A stretch of 64,000 bases of DNA from Actinomycetota bacterium. Its GTDB lineage: Bacteria > Actinomycetota > UBA4738 > HRBIN12. The DNA lies in NCBI GenBank assembly GCA_040902745.1, contig JBBDWR010000029.1, positions 8,791 through 72,790 of the forward strand. Reading direction: 5' to 3'. How positions within the stretch are numbered: the first letter of the stretch is position 1; each line of letters begins with the position of its first letter. The notes under the pieces are model-generated. The model was not told where the DNA came from, made no database searches, and saw only the letters and a program-made list of their open reading frames with translations. A program made the translations under genes and the position numbers. This document shows, piece by piece, positions 10,000 to 19,082 of this stretch.

Positions 10000-11721
10000 A
10001 TGGGTCGGACCTCGCGGCGGCGCGAGGCGAGGAGACCCAACGTGACACTGCCCGATACCGATCGACGATCCTTCCTACGCGCCGTGATCGTGTCGTGCCT
10101 GTTGACGGGACTGCTCGCCTCTCCTTCGGCAGCGTTCGTCCAAGGCGCCGCGGATCCCACCTGGCAGACGAACGGACGCGTGAACGCGATCGTCGAGGTC
10201 GGCAACATCGTGTATCTGGGAGGACTGTTCACCGAGATCCACGACGGACTCGGGGTCTCCCTGCCTCGGGAGCATCTCGCGGCGATCGATCTCACCACCG
10301 GCGAACCGACGCCGTGGAACCCGGGCACCGACGGCGAAGTCTCCGCGCTCGCGGCATCCGCGGACGGCACCACGATCTACGCGGGGGGGTTGTTCAAGAA
10401 CTCCGGCGGTCAGAGCGTCGTGAACCTCGCCGCGCTCGACGCCACGACCGGTCTCGGGGTTCCCGGATGGCGGCCCAAGGTCAGTTCGGCCGTCCGTGCC
10501 CTCGCGGTGTGGGGAACGCGGCTGTACCTGGGCGGCACGTTCGGCTCGATCTCGGGGACGACACGACGCGGCATCGCGGCCTTGACCGCCGCCACCGGCA
10601 AGGTGATGAAGAAGTGGTACCCGGGTGACGTCGATCGCAGCGTGCGCGCGCTCGCCGTCACGGACGAGCGGCTCCTCGTCGGAGGCACGTTTACCGCGAT
10701 CGGCGACAACCCTCGGAACTACGTCACAACCGTCACCCATGCGGGTGCGAAGGTGAAGCCGTGGGCGACGCCGCCCCTCGACCAGGTGCTCGCGCTCTCC
10801 GTACTGGACGGATTCGCCTACGTCGGTTCGCGTTCCAACGAGGTCACCAAACACGTCTTGACCACCGGGGAGCAGCTGTGGGCGGTCGGTGGAGACGGCG
10901 ACGTCCAGGCGGTGCACGCACAGGAGGGCATCGTCTACATCGGCGGGCACTTCGAGAACTTCACCGGTCAGCCGGAGAACAAGGTCGCGGCGGTCAGCAC
11001 CGAGGGGTTCCGCGTCGAGTGGGGAGCATCGGCGAACAGCGTTCACGGTGTCTTCTCGATGGCCGGAGGCACACACCTGTTCATCGGCGGGGACTTCACC
11101 CTTGTGTCTGGGCAGCCGCGCCGTGGCTTCGCCGCGTTCGCTGAGGGCGCGGTACCTCCAGACCCGGGTCAGGCGCTTCCGTTCTCCGACGATTTCACCG
11201 ACGGGTTCGTTCATTGGACGTTCGTCAAGGGTTTCGTGACCGACGAGGTGGAGTTCGGTGACGCCGCGCCGAGTGCCGGCAGCGCCTTGATCCTCGACAA
11301 AGCCTTCGCTTTCAAGGACCTCGGTTCGCCGGTGCCCGACGCCTGCGTACGCGCCGACGTTCGGGTGGCGTCGCACGACGGATCGGTGACGTTGCTCCGC
11401 CTGCGAGAACAGGATGGAAGCGGCCTCGTTCGGGTGTTCATCGACTCGACGGATCACCTGAAACTGCGGGCCGACCTGTCGGACCTGACCTACTCCTCGG
11501 TCGGCCGCACGAAGATTCCGGCCGGCTGGAGCACCCTGGAACTGTGCGGACGGACCTCCAACGGCACCGTCTCCGCGTCCTTGAACGGCACCGATCTCGG
11601 CTCGTTTCCCGCCGCTTTCGGTCTGCTCGGCATCGGCCGCCTGCAGATCGGCGACGACAACGAGAAAACCGTGACCTACAACTTCGACGACATCACCGCC
11701 GAAGTTCCTGCGACTCCCTAG
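10000..11721 (+). CDS. Secreted (Tat-type signal) seven-bladed beta-propeller repeat protein with a C-terminal lectin/LamG-like domain
   Basis: The N-terminus has a Tat motif (DRRSFLRAVIV...ASPSAAFVQG). Seven ~50-60-aa repeats follow, each ending hydrophobic-Y/L-x-GG-x-F (IVYLGGLF, TIYAGGLF, RLYLGGTF, RLLVGGTF, FAYVGSRS, IVYIGGHF, HLFIGGDF). A ~200-aa beta-rich C-terminal domain completes the protein. Confidence 0.7.
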   Translation: MGRTSRRREARRPNVTLPDTDRRSFLRAVIVSCLLTGLLASPSAAFVQGAADPTWQTNGRVNAIVEVGNIVYLGGLFTEIHDGLGVSLPREHLAAIDLTTGEPTPWNPGTDGEVSALAASADGTTIYAGGLFKNSGGQSVVNLAALDATTGLGVPGWRPKVSSAVRALAVWGTRLYLGGTFGSISGTTRRGIAALTAATGKVMKKWYPGDVDRSVRALAVTDERLLVGGTFTAIGDNPRNYVTTVTHAGAKVKPWATPPLDQVLALSVLDGFAYVGSRSNEVTKHVLTTGEQLWAVGGDGDVQAVHAQEGIVYIGGHFENFTGQPENKVAAVSTEGFRVEWGASANSVHGVFSMAGGTHLFIGGDFTLVSGQPRRGFAAFAEGAVPPDPGQALPFSDDFTDGFVHWTFVKGFVTDEVEFGDAAPSAGSALILDKAFAFKDLGSPVPDACVRADVRVASHDGSVTLLRLREQDGSGLVRVFIDSTDHLKLRADLSDLTYSSVGRTKIPAGWSTLELCGRTSNGTVSASLNGTDLGSFPAAFGLLGIGRLQIGDDNEKTVTYNFDDITAEVPATP

Positions 11722-11734
11722 CCCGGCGCGCAAC

Positions 11735-11754
11735 CTTCGAGTCGTCACCGCGGC
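11735..11754. terminator. Putative bidirectional hairpin between convergent genes
   Basis: gtcgtcaccgcggcgacgac forms a stem GUCGUC/GACGAC with a CCGCGG-containing loop. It lies between the stop of the propeller gene (11721) and the stop of cinA (11770). Confidence 0.35.
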
Positions 11755-11769
11755 GACGACACCGTCGCC

Positions 11770-13032
11770 TCAGACGATGCGATCGCTGTCTGGCAGTGGA
11801 CGCCCTTCGAGGTGGCGCCGGACGAGGTCGAGCGCCGCCTGTTCGGACCACCGACGCACCTGATCGCGCTCCCCCGGCGCCAGGAACCCACGCGCGTGCA
11901 CGGTGCGATCGGACACGAGGGCGATCCACACCGTGCCCGGCTCGGCCGCCCCATGTGGTTCCGGACCCGCGACACCCGTCAAGGAGATCCCCAGGTCGCC
12001 TCCGAACAAGCTCCGCACGCCTGCCGCCATCTCGAGCGCACACACACGACTCACTACTCCGTGGGTTTCCAACGTGAGACGCGACACACCCAGGACCTTC
12101 ATCTTCGCGTCCTCGTCGTAGGTGACCGCGCCACCGGCGAACGTCTTCGAGCTCCCCGGCGCTGCCGACAAGCGCTCGCAGACCCCGCCGCCCGTGAGCG
12201 ACTCCGCGACCGAGATGCGCTGGCCGACCTGGCGCAACAGCCGCGCAACCGCCTCCTCGAGCGATTCGTCGTCGGCGGTGAACACCACGTCGCCGAGACA
12301 CCCGACGACATCTTCGAGCATCGGCGCGATCAGCTCCTCTGCCTCTTGCGAGGTCCGGGCTTTCGCGGTGATCCGCACCTTCACCTCACCGGCGCTCGCC
12401 AGGTAGGCGATCGTTGGGTTGGTGGCCCCGGCGAATCGGTCGGCCAGCAGTTCGGCGACCTTCGATTCTCCGATCCCGGTGCACCGCACGATCCTCGACA
12501 CGATCGTGGCGCCTGTGCGCTCCGCGAGCTCGGGAAGGATCGTGCCTTCCATCATGTCCCGCATCTCACCGGGTACCCCCGGAACCGTGTAGAAGTGCGT
12601 TCCATCAGCGAGCGTTCCGATCAAGCCGGGAGCGGAGCCACGTTCGTTGGGGATCGAGCGAGCCCCTGCCGGGACATCGGCTTGCCGCAGGTTGGAGGCG
12701 GGCATCTCCCGGCCGAATCCCGAAAAGCGATCGCGCAGCCACTGCTCCAGTCCCGGATCTCGCACGAGTTGGGCGCCGAGCACCTCCGCGAGGGCGTCCC
12801 GGGTGATGTCGTCCTCCGTGGGCCCGAGTCCCCCCGTCACCAACACCACATCCGCTCGGTCCGCGGCCTCGCGCAGTGCTTCCACGATCCGATCGAAGTT
12901 GTCGCCAACCACCTGACTGCGGAGGACGTCGACCCCGATCGCCGCGAGTCGCTGCGAGATCCATTGCGCGTTCGTGTTCGAGATCTGCCCGAGCAGCAGC
13001 TCGGTCCCGACGCACACGATCTCGGCGTTCAT
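11770..13032 (-). CDS. cinA: Competence/damage-inducible protein CinA (two-domain nicotinamide-nucleotide amidohydrolase family)
   Basis: The N-terminal MoCF-binding-like domain begins MNAEIVCVGTELLLGQI.. (Met11 of the ORF). The C-terminal CinA domain carries ESLTGGGV...LTGVAGP. Confidence 0.85.
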   Translation of the reverse strand: MNAEIVCVGTELLLGQISNTNAQWISQRLAAIGVDVLRSQVVGDNFDRIVEALREAADRADVVLVTGGLGPTEDDITRDALAEVLGAQLVRDPGLEQWLRDRFSGFGREMPASNLRQADVPAGARSIPNERGSAPGLIGTLADGTHFYTVPGVPGEMRDMMEGTILPELAERTGATIVSRIVRCTGIGESKVAELLADRFAGATNPTIAYLASAGEVKVRITAKARTSQEAEELIAPMLEDVVGCLGDVVFTADDESLEEAVARLLRQVGQRISVAESLTGGGVCERLSAAPGSSKTFAGGAVTYDEDAKMKVLGVSRLTLETHGVVSRVCALEMAAGVRSLFGGDLGISLTGVAGPEPHGAAEPGTVWIALVSDRTVHARGFLAPGERDQVRRWSEQAALDLVRRHLEGRPLPDSDRIV

Positions 13033-13048
13033 GCCGCGTTCCTTCCGG

Positions 13049-13858
13049 TCAAGGTGTTGCACTCGCGACGGCGTCCTCTCGGGCGGCCTCGAGCGCTTGC
13101 AGCGCCCGCAGCTGTTGCTGTGCCGACTCGTCCGATCCCGCGATCACACTCGTGTCGCTGAAGGAGTCGTTCCAGGGCTTGCCCGCCTTCGAGATCTCCA
13201 AGGGGCCGGTGCCATTGACCGAGATCGTTGCCGGACCACCCTCCGTCAGCTCAAGGGAGAGGATGTCGTCGGCCTCGAAGATGCGTTCCTCTCCGCGCCT
13301 GACTTCGACGGCCTGCTCCACACCGTCGGATTCCACCCGGAGGCTGAGATCGGTCCTGGACGTGACGCCGACGACGACGTTGGAGGTCTCCGGGTCGACG
13401 ACGACCGGAGAACCGGGCAGCGTTGCGGGTGCGGGTGTCGAACCGGAACGAGACAACACGCCGAACCCGGCCGCCGCGATAACGACGATCGCGACAACTC
13501 CCCATGCGAGTCGATGGTTGTCGCGGCGTCGCTCGTGCCCGGCCCTCCTACGGAGCTCCGTCGGAGGTTCGGGTGTGGCGGGAGCCGACACGCCCGCCCC
13601 CCGGGCGTAGATCTGCAACACCTTCTCGGGGTCGAGCCCCAGATAGTTCGCGTACGTCCGCAGGGTGCCCCGGACGTAGACTTCACCCAGGAGCGCCTCG
13701 AACTCCTCGTGCTCGAGCGCCTCGAGAGCGTCCTGCCGGATCCTGGTTCCCCGGCTCGCCTCGTCGATCGTGACGCCGCGGCGCATACGCGCCTTGCGCA
13801 GCGCGGCACCGACACCGATCTGAGATCCCTGCAACGCGACAACACGCCCTTCAGACAT
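13049..13858 (-). CDS. Membrane protein with N-terminal XRE-type HTH domain (RodZ-like architecture)
   Basis: The internal ATG at 13858 gives MSEGRVVALQGSQIGVGAALRKARMRRGVTIDEASRGTRIRQDALEALE (HTH_XRE), one TM helix (LAWGVVAIVVIAAAGFGVL) and a C-terminal DUF4115-like beta domain. The 450-aa ORF-track extension overlaps ppa and is an artefact. Confidence 0.7.
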   Translation of the reverse strand: MSEGRVVALQGSQIGVGAALRKARMRRGVTIDEASRGTRIRQDALEALEHEEFEALLGEVYVRGTLRTYANYLGLDPEKVLQIYARGAGVSAPATPEPPTELRRRAGHERRRDNHRLAWGVVAIVVIAAAGFGVLSRSGSTPAPATLPGSPVVVDPETSNVVVGVTSRTDLSLRVESDGVEQAVEVRRGEERIFEADDILSLELTEGGPATISVNGTGPLEISKAGKPWNDSFSDTSVIAGSDESAQQQLRALQALEAAREDAVASATP

Positions 13859-13912
13859 GGGTGTGCCGATGATACGCGCCGGGCGCCGGCCGAAGGCCGG
13901 TAGACTCGCGCG

Positions 13913-14419
13913 ATGGACGACGACGCCCTGGTCACCGTGGTGGTGGAGATCCCCAAGGGATCGCGGAACAAGTACGAGTACGACGCCGGCGGCGGCGTCA
14001 TCTGGCTGGATCGGATGCTCTTCACCTCGATGCAGTACCCGGCCGACTACGGCTACATCGAGGGGACGCTCGGCGGCGACGGAGACACGCTGGACGCCCT
14101 GGTCTTCGTCGGGGAACCCACGTTCCCCGGCTGCCACATCAGAGCCAGAGCCGTCGGGATGTTCCGGATGACCGACGAGAAGGGCCCGGACGAGAAGATC
14201 CTGTGCGTGCCACTGAAGGATCCGGTCTGGTCCTCGGTGGAGCGCATCGAGGACATCCCGCCGAGCCTGCTCAACGAGATCGAGCACTTCTTCCAGGTCT
14301 ACAAGGACCTCGAGGACAAGAAGGTCGACACCAAAGGATTCGAAGGCCGCGAGGCAGCGTTGCAGGTCATCGCAGAGGCTCGCACCCGGCTGACCGACCA
14401 ACGACCCGCCGGGCCCTAA
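13913..14419 (+). CDS. ppa: Inorganic pyrophosphatase
   Basis: 168 aa. EIPKGSRNKYEY and DGDTLDALVFVGEPTFPGC are family I PPase signature residues. Confidence 0.95.
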   Translation: MDDDALVTVVVEIPKGSRNKYEYDAGGGVIWLDRMLFTSMQYPADYGYIEGTLGGDGDTLDALVFVGEPTFPGCHIRARAVGMFRMTDEKGPDEKILCVPLKDPVWSSVERIEDIPPSLLNEIEHFFQVYKDLEDKKVDTKGFEGREAALQVIAEARTRLTDQRPAGP

Positions 14420-14537
14420 ACGAACACTCTCCGTGGCCCCGTGACCTGCTGCGGGACAGTGCGTATCGCGGCGCGATGCACGCCTCGCGGCTGACTGCTA
14501 GGCTCCGCGCACGTACATACGAAGACTCCACGTGACT

Positions 14538-14712
14538 GCAGGCGAAGTCCGGTCAAAATCCGGCGCTGTCCCGCAACGGTAGGTCCACCCTCGGGTGGGC
14601 GAGCCCGGTCGCCCTGACGGTCACGAGGGCTGAACGAACCTCCGCGGAGAAGTCGCAGCCACCGGGACACCGTTCCCGCGCCACGACCCTCCCTGAAGTG
14701 GAGGGTCGTTCC
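14538..14712 (+). promoter_or_regulatory. Cobalamin (B12) riboswitch
   Basis: gaaGTCCGGTCAAAATCCGGCGCTGTCCCGCAACGGTAggtcc matches the most conserved core of the cobalamin aptamer. A B12-box-like GCAGCCACCGGGAC lies downstream. It sits in a 330-bp intergenic region immediately 5' of a transporter operon. Confidence 0.8.
14683..14709 (+). terminator. Riboswitch expression-platform hairpin (10-bp perfect stem acgaccctcc/ggagggtcgt, 7-nt loop)
   Basis: A perfect inverted repeat sits directly after the aptamer, followed by tcccgtt. The downstream RBS ggaagga and ATG are at 14749. Confidence 0.5.
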
Positions 14713-14748
14713 CGTTGGGCGCGAGGCACGCCCGGGAAGGAGCTCCAC

Positions 14749-15777
14749 ATGTGTCACACCCTCCGCAGGTCGTTCGGCTTGCTCGTCGCGGCAGCACTCA
14801 CGTTGGCCGTCGTGTCCCCCGCATCCGCCGCACCGACGGACTCGGTGGTCCGTGCCAGGTCGGCTGCCGGGTTCATCGCCACACAGCAGAAGAACAACGG
14901 CTCGATCCCCGCCTTCTCTCCGGTCGGATCCACCGCCGACGCGGTCATGTCGCTGGTCGCCGTGAAACGCGGCCCGATCACGATCAAGAAGGCTCTTGCG
15001 TACCTGGCACGCCAGACCCAGAACGGCAATGTGGTCGGTATCGGGCTGCAGGCCAAGGTCGCGATGGCCGCCGTCGCCGGCGGTCGCGATCCGTCCAGCT
15101 TCGGCGGCGAGGATCTGATCGACGCGATCGCCTCAACGGAACTGCCCAACGGCCGGTTCGGGAGCGGCACCGCCGTGTTCGATCAGTCGCTGGCGATCCT
15201 GGCGCTCTCCGCTGCAGGCGAGACCGTGTCCGACGACGCGGAGGGCTGGCTGGCCGAGGCGCAGTGTCCCGACGGCGGATGGGAGTACCTGGCCAGGTGG
15301 TCGCCGTCGAGCGACGACCACTGCGTGAGCGAGGTCGATCCGGGCAATGACTTCTTCGGATCGGACACCAACACCACGTCATACGCGGTGCAAGCGCTCG
15401 CCTCCGTCGGCGGCGACGCGCTCGCGAACGCGCCGTTCGACTTCTTCACCGCGATCCGCGATCCGCAGTTCGGCGGCTGGGGCTACTCGTGGGGGTACGC
15501 GACCGACGCGAACTCCACGAGCCTCGTGGTGCAGGCGTTTGCCGCCGACGCGCGCACGGTCCCGGCGGGGGCGCTCGCCGCGCTCAAGAAACTGCAGTAC
15601 AAGGATTGCGGCGCGTTCGCCTTTACCTGGATCCCGGACGGCGGGGACTTCGTCAAGAGCGCGCCGGATCCCGGCGCGACGATCTCGGCGATCGTCGGGT
15701 TGCTGGTACGCCCGTATCCCGTCCCGCCGTCACCGGTGACCAAGCCGGCGCCGTCAACACCGGCGTGCCCGTCGTAG
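14749..15777 (+). CDS. Secreted prenyltransferase/squalene-oxidase-repeat protein (alpha/alpha-toroid fold); candidate corrinoid-binding alpha-domain-like protein
   Basis: Signal peptide MCHTLRRSFGLLVAAALTLAVVSPASA. Six or more Q-x-x-[DN]-G-[GS]-[WF]-type repeats are present (QQKNNGSI, QTQNGNVVG, ELPNGRFG, QCPDGGWEY, DPQFGGWGY, KDCGAFAF). Start taken at Met18 of the ORF on RBS grounds. It is the first gene after the B12 riboswitch. Confidence 0.75.
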   Translation: MCHTLRRSFGLLVAAALTLAVVSPASAAPTDSVVRARSAAGFIATQQKNNGSIPAFSPVGSTADAVMSLVAVKRGPITIKKALAYLARQTQNGNVVGIGLQAKVAMAAVAGGRDPSSFGGEDLIDAIASTELPNGRFGSGTAVFDQSLAILALSAAGETVSDDAEGWLAEAQCPDGGWEYLARWSPSSDDHCVSEVDPGNDFFGSDTNTTSYAVQALASVGGDALANAPFDFFTAIRDPQFGGWGYSWGYATDANSTSLVVQAFAADARTVPAGALAALKKLQYKDCGAFAFTWIPDGGDFVKSAPDPGATISAIVGLLVRPYPVPPSPVTKPAPSTPACPS

Positions 15778-15786
15778 GAGGACAAG

Positions 15787-16731
15787 ATGCGAGCGCATAG
15801 TGGCATCACCGTGGGGACCCGGCGATGGAGCCGGATCCTGGCGGCAGCCGTCTTCCTCGCGATCGCGGCACCGGCACCGGCATTGCTGTCGACCACGGTG
15901 GCATGCGCGAGCACCCCCCGCCACGCGGCACTCGTGATCGACACCGGAACTCGGGAGTTGGCGTATTGCGTCGCCATCCCGGGGACGGTCGACGGGATCG
16001 AGCTGATCCGCCTCGCCAACCGCCAATACGGCCTGCAGTACTCCTTGGGGTTCGGCGGCGAGGCCGTCTGCCAGCTCGCGGGAGTGGGCGTCACCGGCGG
16101 CGATTGCTTCGCGGACTTCCCCCGCTTCTGGGGGTACTGGCGAGGAGCACCGGCCGGTGGCTGGTCGTGGTCGAGCGTCGGGGCGGGGTCGATCTCGGTC
16201 GGCCCCGGCGACGTCCAAGGATGGAGCTGGGGCACCGGGCAGGACGGCGCATCACATCCGGCTCCTCCGGTCACTCCGCTCACGTCCGTGTGCGATCCAC
16301 CCGCGACGCCGCCCCCGGACGACGACGGCGGCCCGGGCGCGGGCGCAGGCGGGGACGGCAACGACCGCGGGAACAACGGTGGAGGCGGCGGCGGCGCTCC
16401 CTCCGGTTCCGCGAGCGATCAAAGCAGCGGCGACACCCAAGCGGGCGCGCAATCGTCCGGCGCTTCCGACGCAGGCGGGCAACGATCCGATCAGGAGAAC
16501 GGCAGCGAAAGGGAAGCCAGCGGAAGCCACCCGGACACTTCGGATATGAACCCCGTCCCCGATGAGGTCGCGTCGCCTGGATCGAACGCGGCGCCGGTGC
16601 GAGCCGCGGCGCTCGCGAACAACGAGGCAGGGGCCGACCTGCTCCCGGTAGGGCCCATCGTGAGCCTGCTCGCGCTCGGGATGCTACTGGCGGGCGGCGC
16701 GTTCCTCGCCTGGAAGCGGCGTTCGGGCTAG
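15787..16731 (+). CDS. Secreted, C-terminally membrane-anchored protein with a DUF4430-like (transcobalamin beta-domain-like) module and a G/S/D-rich linker
   Basis: Signal peptide, then a ~140-aa domain with DUF4430-like motifs (LAYCVAIPGTVDGIELI, GGEAVCQLAGVGV, FWGYWRG, GPGDVQGWSWG). A ~120-aa G/S/D/N-rich linker follows, then a C-terminal TM helix IVSLLALGMLLAGGAFLAW-KRRSG. The gap to the upstream gene is 9 nt. Confidence 0.6.
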   Translation: MRAHSGITVGTRRWSRILAAAVFLAIAAPAPALLSTTVACASTPRHAALVIDTGTRELAYCVAIPGTVDGIELIRLANRQYGLQYSLGFGGEAVCQLAGVGVTGGDCFADFPRFWGYWRGAPAGGWSWSSVGAGSISVGPGDVQGWSWGTGQDGASHPAPPVTPLTSVCDPPATPPPDDDGGPGAGAGGDGNDRGNNGGGGGGAPSGSASDQSSGDTQAGAQSSGASDAGGQRSDQENGSEREASGSHPDTSDMNPVPDEVASPGSNAAPVRAAALANNEAGADLLPVGPIVSLLALGMLLAGGAFLAWKRRSG

Positions 16732-16734
16732 CCG

Positions 16735-17514
16735 ATGCATCCACTCGCTTGGATCGCGTGGGCCACCGGTGCGGGGCTCGTGGCGTTCAGCACCACGAAC
16801 CCGTGGTACCTGCTCCCGCTCGTCGGCGTCGCATGGTTCGTCCATGCTGCCCATCGACGAGACGGGCCGTGGGCGAGATCGTTCCGCATCTTCCTGGTGT
16901 TCGGCCTTCTCGCGATGGCGATCCGCACCGCACTGGTGTTCTTCGGCACGGTCGATGCCTCCAACGTGACCTACGCCGCGCTCGAGGGGCTGCGCCTAGG
17001 GGTTCTTCTCGTCGTGTTCGGCACCTTCAACTCGGTCACCGATCCGTTCGGCGTGCTTCGATTGGCGCCGCGACGCTTCCACGAGCCTGCGCTTGCCGCG
17101 GCGCTCGCCTTGTCGATCGCGCCCAGGACGATCTCCGCCGCCGCAACGGTGCGGGAGGCGCAAGAACTCCGCGGCTTCCGTTTACGCCGGTGGCGCTCGC
17201 TCCCCGCGCTCGCGATCCCGGTCCTCGAGACCGGGATGGAAGAGGCGATGACGCTCGCGGAGAGCATGGACGCGCGCGGGCACGGTAGTGGCACGCGGTC
17301 GCGCTATCGGCCCCATCGCTGGACACCTGGTTCCGTCGCGACCGCCGGCGTGGGGATCACGGCCGGGAGCGTCTTCCTCGCCGAGGCGATCGCGCACCGT
17401 CCCGATCTGCTCCCGATCACCGATCCCCTGACGTGGCCTCAGGCGGCACCCTGGCTCGTGGGGGTCGTCGTCCTGCTCGCGCTCCCAGGGCTCGTAGCCC
17501 GGAGTGACCTGTGA
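16735..17514 (+). CDS. ECF transporter transmembrane (T) component (CbiQ/EcfT family)
   Basis: 259-aa polytopic membrane protein with the CbiQ-like conserved Arg-rich cytoplasmic coupling segment (AREAQELRGFR...R). Its stop overlaps the ATPase start (GTGA). Confidence 0.85.
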   Translation: MHPLAWIAWATGAGLVAFSTTNPWYLLPLVGVAWFVHAAHRRDGPWARSFRIFLVFGLLAMAIRTALVFFGTVDASNVTYAALEGLRLGVLLVVFGTFNSVTDPFGVLRLAPRRFHEPALAAALALSIAPRTISAAATVREAQELRGFRLRRWRSLPALAIPVLETGMEEAMTLAESMDARGHGSGTRSRYRPHRWTPGSVATAGVGITAGSVFLAEAIAHRPDLLPITDPLTWPQAAPWLVGVVVLLALPGLVARSDL

Positions 17515-19082
17515 GTCCGGCGCTGCGCTATCGAGACGTCACCTTTCGCTACCCCGACGTCGACGAAGCGGCGCTGACGGATGTGACGGTGGATGTCTCC
17601 GAGGGCTCGTTCGCCCTCGTGGTGGGCCCGACCGGCGCGGGGAAATCCACGCTGTTGCGAGCCGCGAACGGGTTGGTCCCGCACTTTTCCGGCGGCACGT
17701 TCGCCGGGGAGGTCACCGTGGCGGGTCGAAGTACGACGACCACGCGACCCCGGGAACTCGCCGATGCGGTCGCGTTCGTCCCCCAAGACCCGGGAGCGTC
17801 GTTCGTGCTCGATCGTGTAGAAGACGAACTCGCGTACGGGATGGAGAACCTCCGCGTTCCCGCCGACCGGATGCGGCGCCGGGTCGAGGAGACACTGGAC
17901 CTGCTCGACATCGAGCGCCTCCGCAAGCGGAGCGTGCGGACGCTGTCGGGCGGAGAACGCCAGCGCGTCGCGATCGCGGCCGCCCTCGCGGCCGGGCCGA
18001 GGCTGCTCGTGCTCGACGAACCGACCAGTCAGCTCGACCCCCAGGGAGCCGAAGACGTGCTCGCCGGCCTCCAGCGGCTCGTTCACGATCACGGGATGAC
18101 GGTGCTGCTCGCGGAACATCGGCTCGAGCGCGTTGCCGGATTCGCGGACGTCGTCCTCGCGGTCCGGAACGGCTCCGTGGTGGCCGGTGCCCCAGCAGAA
18201 CTCCTCGGCAACGCCGTCGGAGGGCCACCGGTCACGCGGGTCGGACGGCTGCTCGGCTGGGACCCGGCGCCGATCACGGTCCGCGAGGCACGCGGCCTCG
18301 CGCGCTCGGTCGCCCTCGCCGATGCCCCCGCTCCCCCGGTCACCGCGCGAGGGGAGGCCCTCGTGCGCGCTCGTGGGGTCGTTGCCGGGTACCCCGGATC
18401 GCCGGTGCTGCGCGACGTCGATCTCGAGATCGCCGAGGGCGAGGTCGTGGCGCTGATGGGACGAAACGGTGCAGGCAAGACGACGCTGCTGCGGTGCTTG
18501 ACCGGCGTCCACGCCCTCGAGCGCGGAACCGTCGAGGTCCCGAGCCGCCCGCCACGGCCGGGCATCGACGTCGCGCTCTGTCCGCAGGAGCCGGAGTCGG
18601 TGCTGTTCGCCGAGACGGTGCGGGAGGAGGTGCAGGCGACGTTGACGGCGCGCGGGGACCAACGTCCCGCCGCGCCGATACTCGAGCGATTCGATCTCTC
18701 CTCGTTCGCCCGACGGCATCCCCGGGATCTCTCCTCGGGACAGCGCCTGCTCGTTGCTGCGGCCGCGGTGTCCGCCGCCGGGGCACCCGTCCTGCTGTTG
18801 GACGAACCGACGCGGGGGCTGGATCCGGAAGCGAAACATCGTCTCGGGCAGTTCCTTCGCGCGCACGGCGACGATGGAGGCGGCGCGATGTTCGCGACAC
18901 ACGATGTCGAGCTGGCCGCGGACGTCGCCACGCGCGTCGTGGTGTTGGCCGGCGGTGAGGTTATCGCGGACGGCAGGCCAGGCGAGGTCCTCGGCGACTC
19001 CCACGTTTTCGCGCCGCAGATGACCCGCGTCTTCGGCCCGGGATGGCTGACCCCCGAGCAGGTTGCGGCGGCGGTGCGATGA
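17511..19082 (+). CDS. Fused duplicated ECF/ABC ATPase (A-A' components)
   Basis: Two complete NBDs: Walker A GPTGAGKST / GRNGAGKTT, signature LSGGERQR / LSSGQRLL, Walker B LLVLDEPT / VLLLDEPT. Confidence 0.9.
   Translation: MSPALRYRDVTFRYPDVDEAALTDVTVDVSEGSFALVVGPTGAGKSTLLRAANGLVPHFSGGTFAGEVTVAGRSTTTTRPRELADAVAFVPQDPGASFVLDRVEDELAYGMENLRVPADRMRRRVEETLDLLDIERLRKRSVRTLSGGERQRVAIAAALAAGPRLLVLDEPTSQLDPQGAEDVLAGLQRLVHDHGMTVLLAEHRLERVAGFADVVLAVRNGSVVAGAPAELLGNAVGGPPVTRVGRLLGWDPAPITVREARGLARSVALADAPAPPVTARGEALVRARGVVAGYPGSPVLRDVDLEIAEGEVVALMGRNGAGKTTLLRCLTGVHALERGTVEVPSRPPRPGIDVALCPQEPESVLFAETVREEVQATLTARGDQRPAAPILERFDLSSFARRHPRDLSSGQRLLVAAAAVSAAGAPVLLLDEPTRGLDPEAKHRLGQFLRAHGDDGGGAMFATHDVELAADVATRVVVLAGGEVIADGRPGEVLGDSHVFAPQMTRVFGPGWLTPEQVAAAVR

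Noticed and set aside
13049-14401. A 450-aa minus-strand ORF overlapping ppa.
   Set aside because: ppa on the plus strand is unambiguous. Only the C-terminal 269 aa (HTH/RodZ-like) are plausible, starting at the ATG at 13858.
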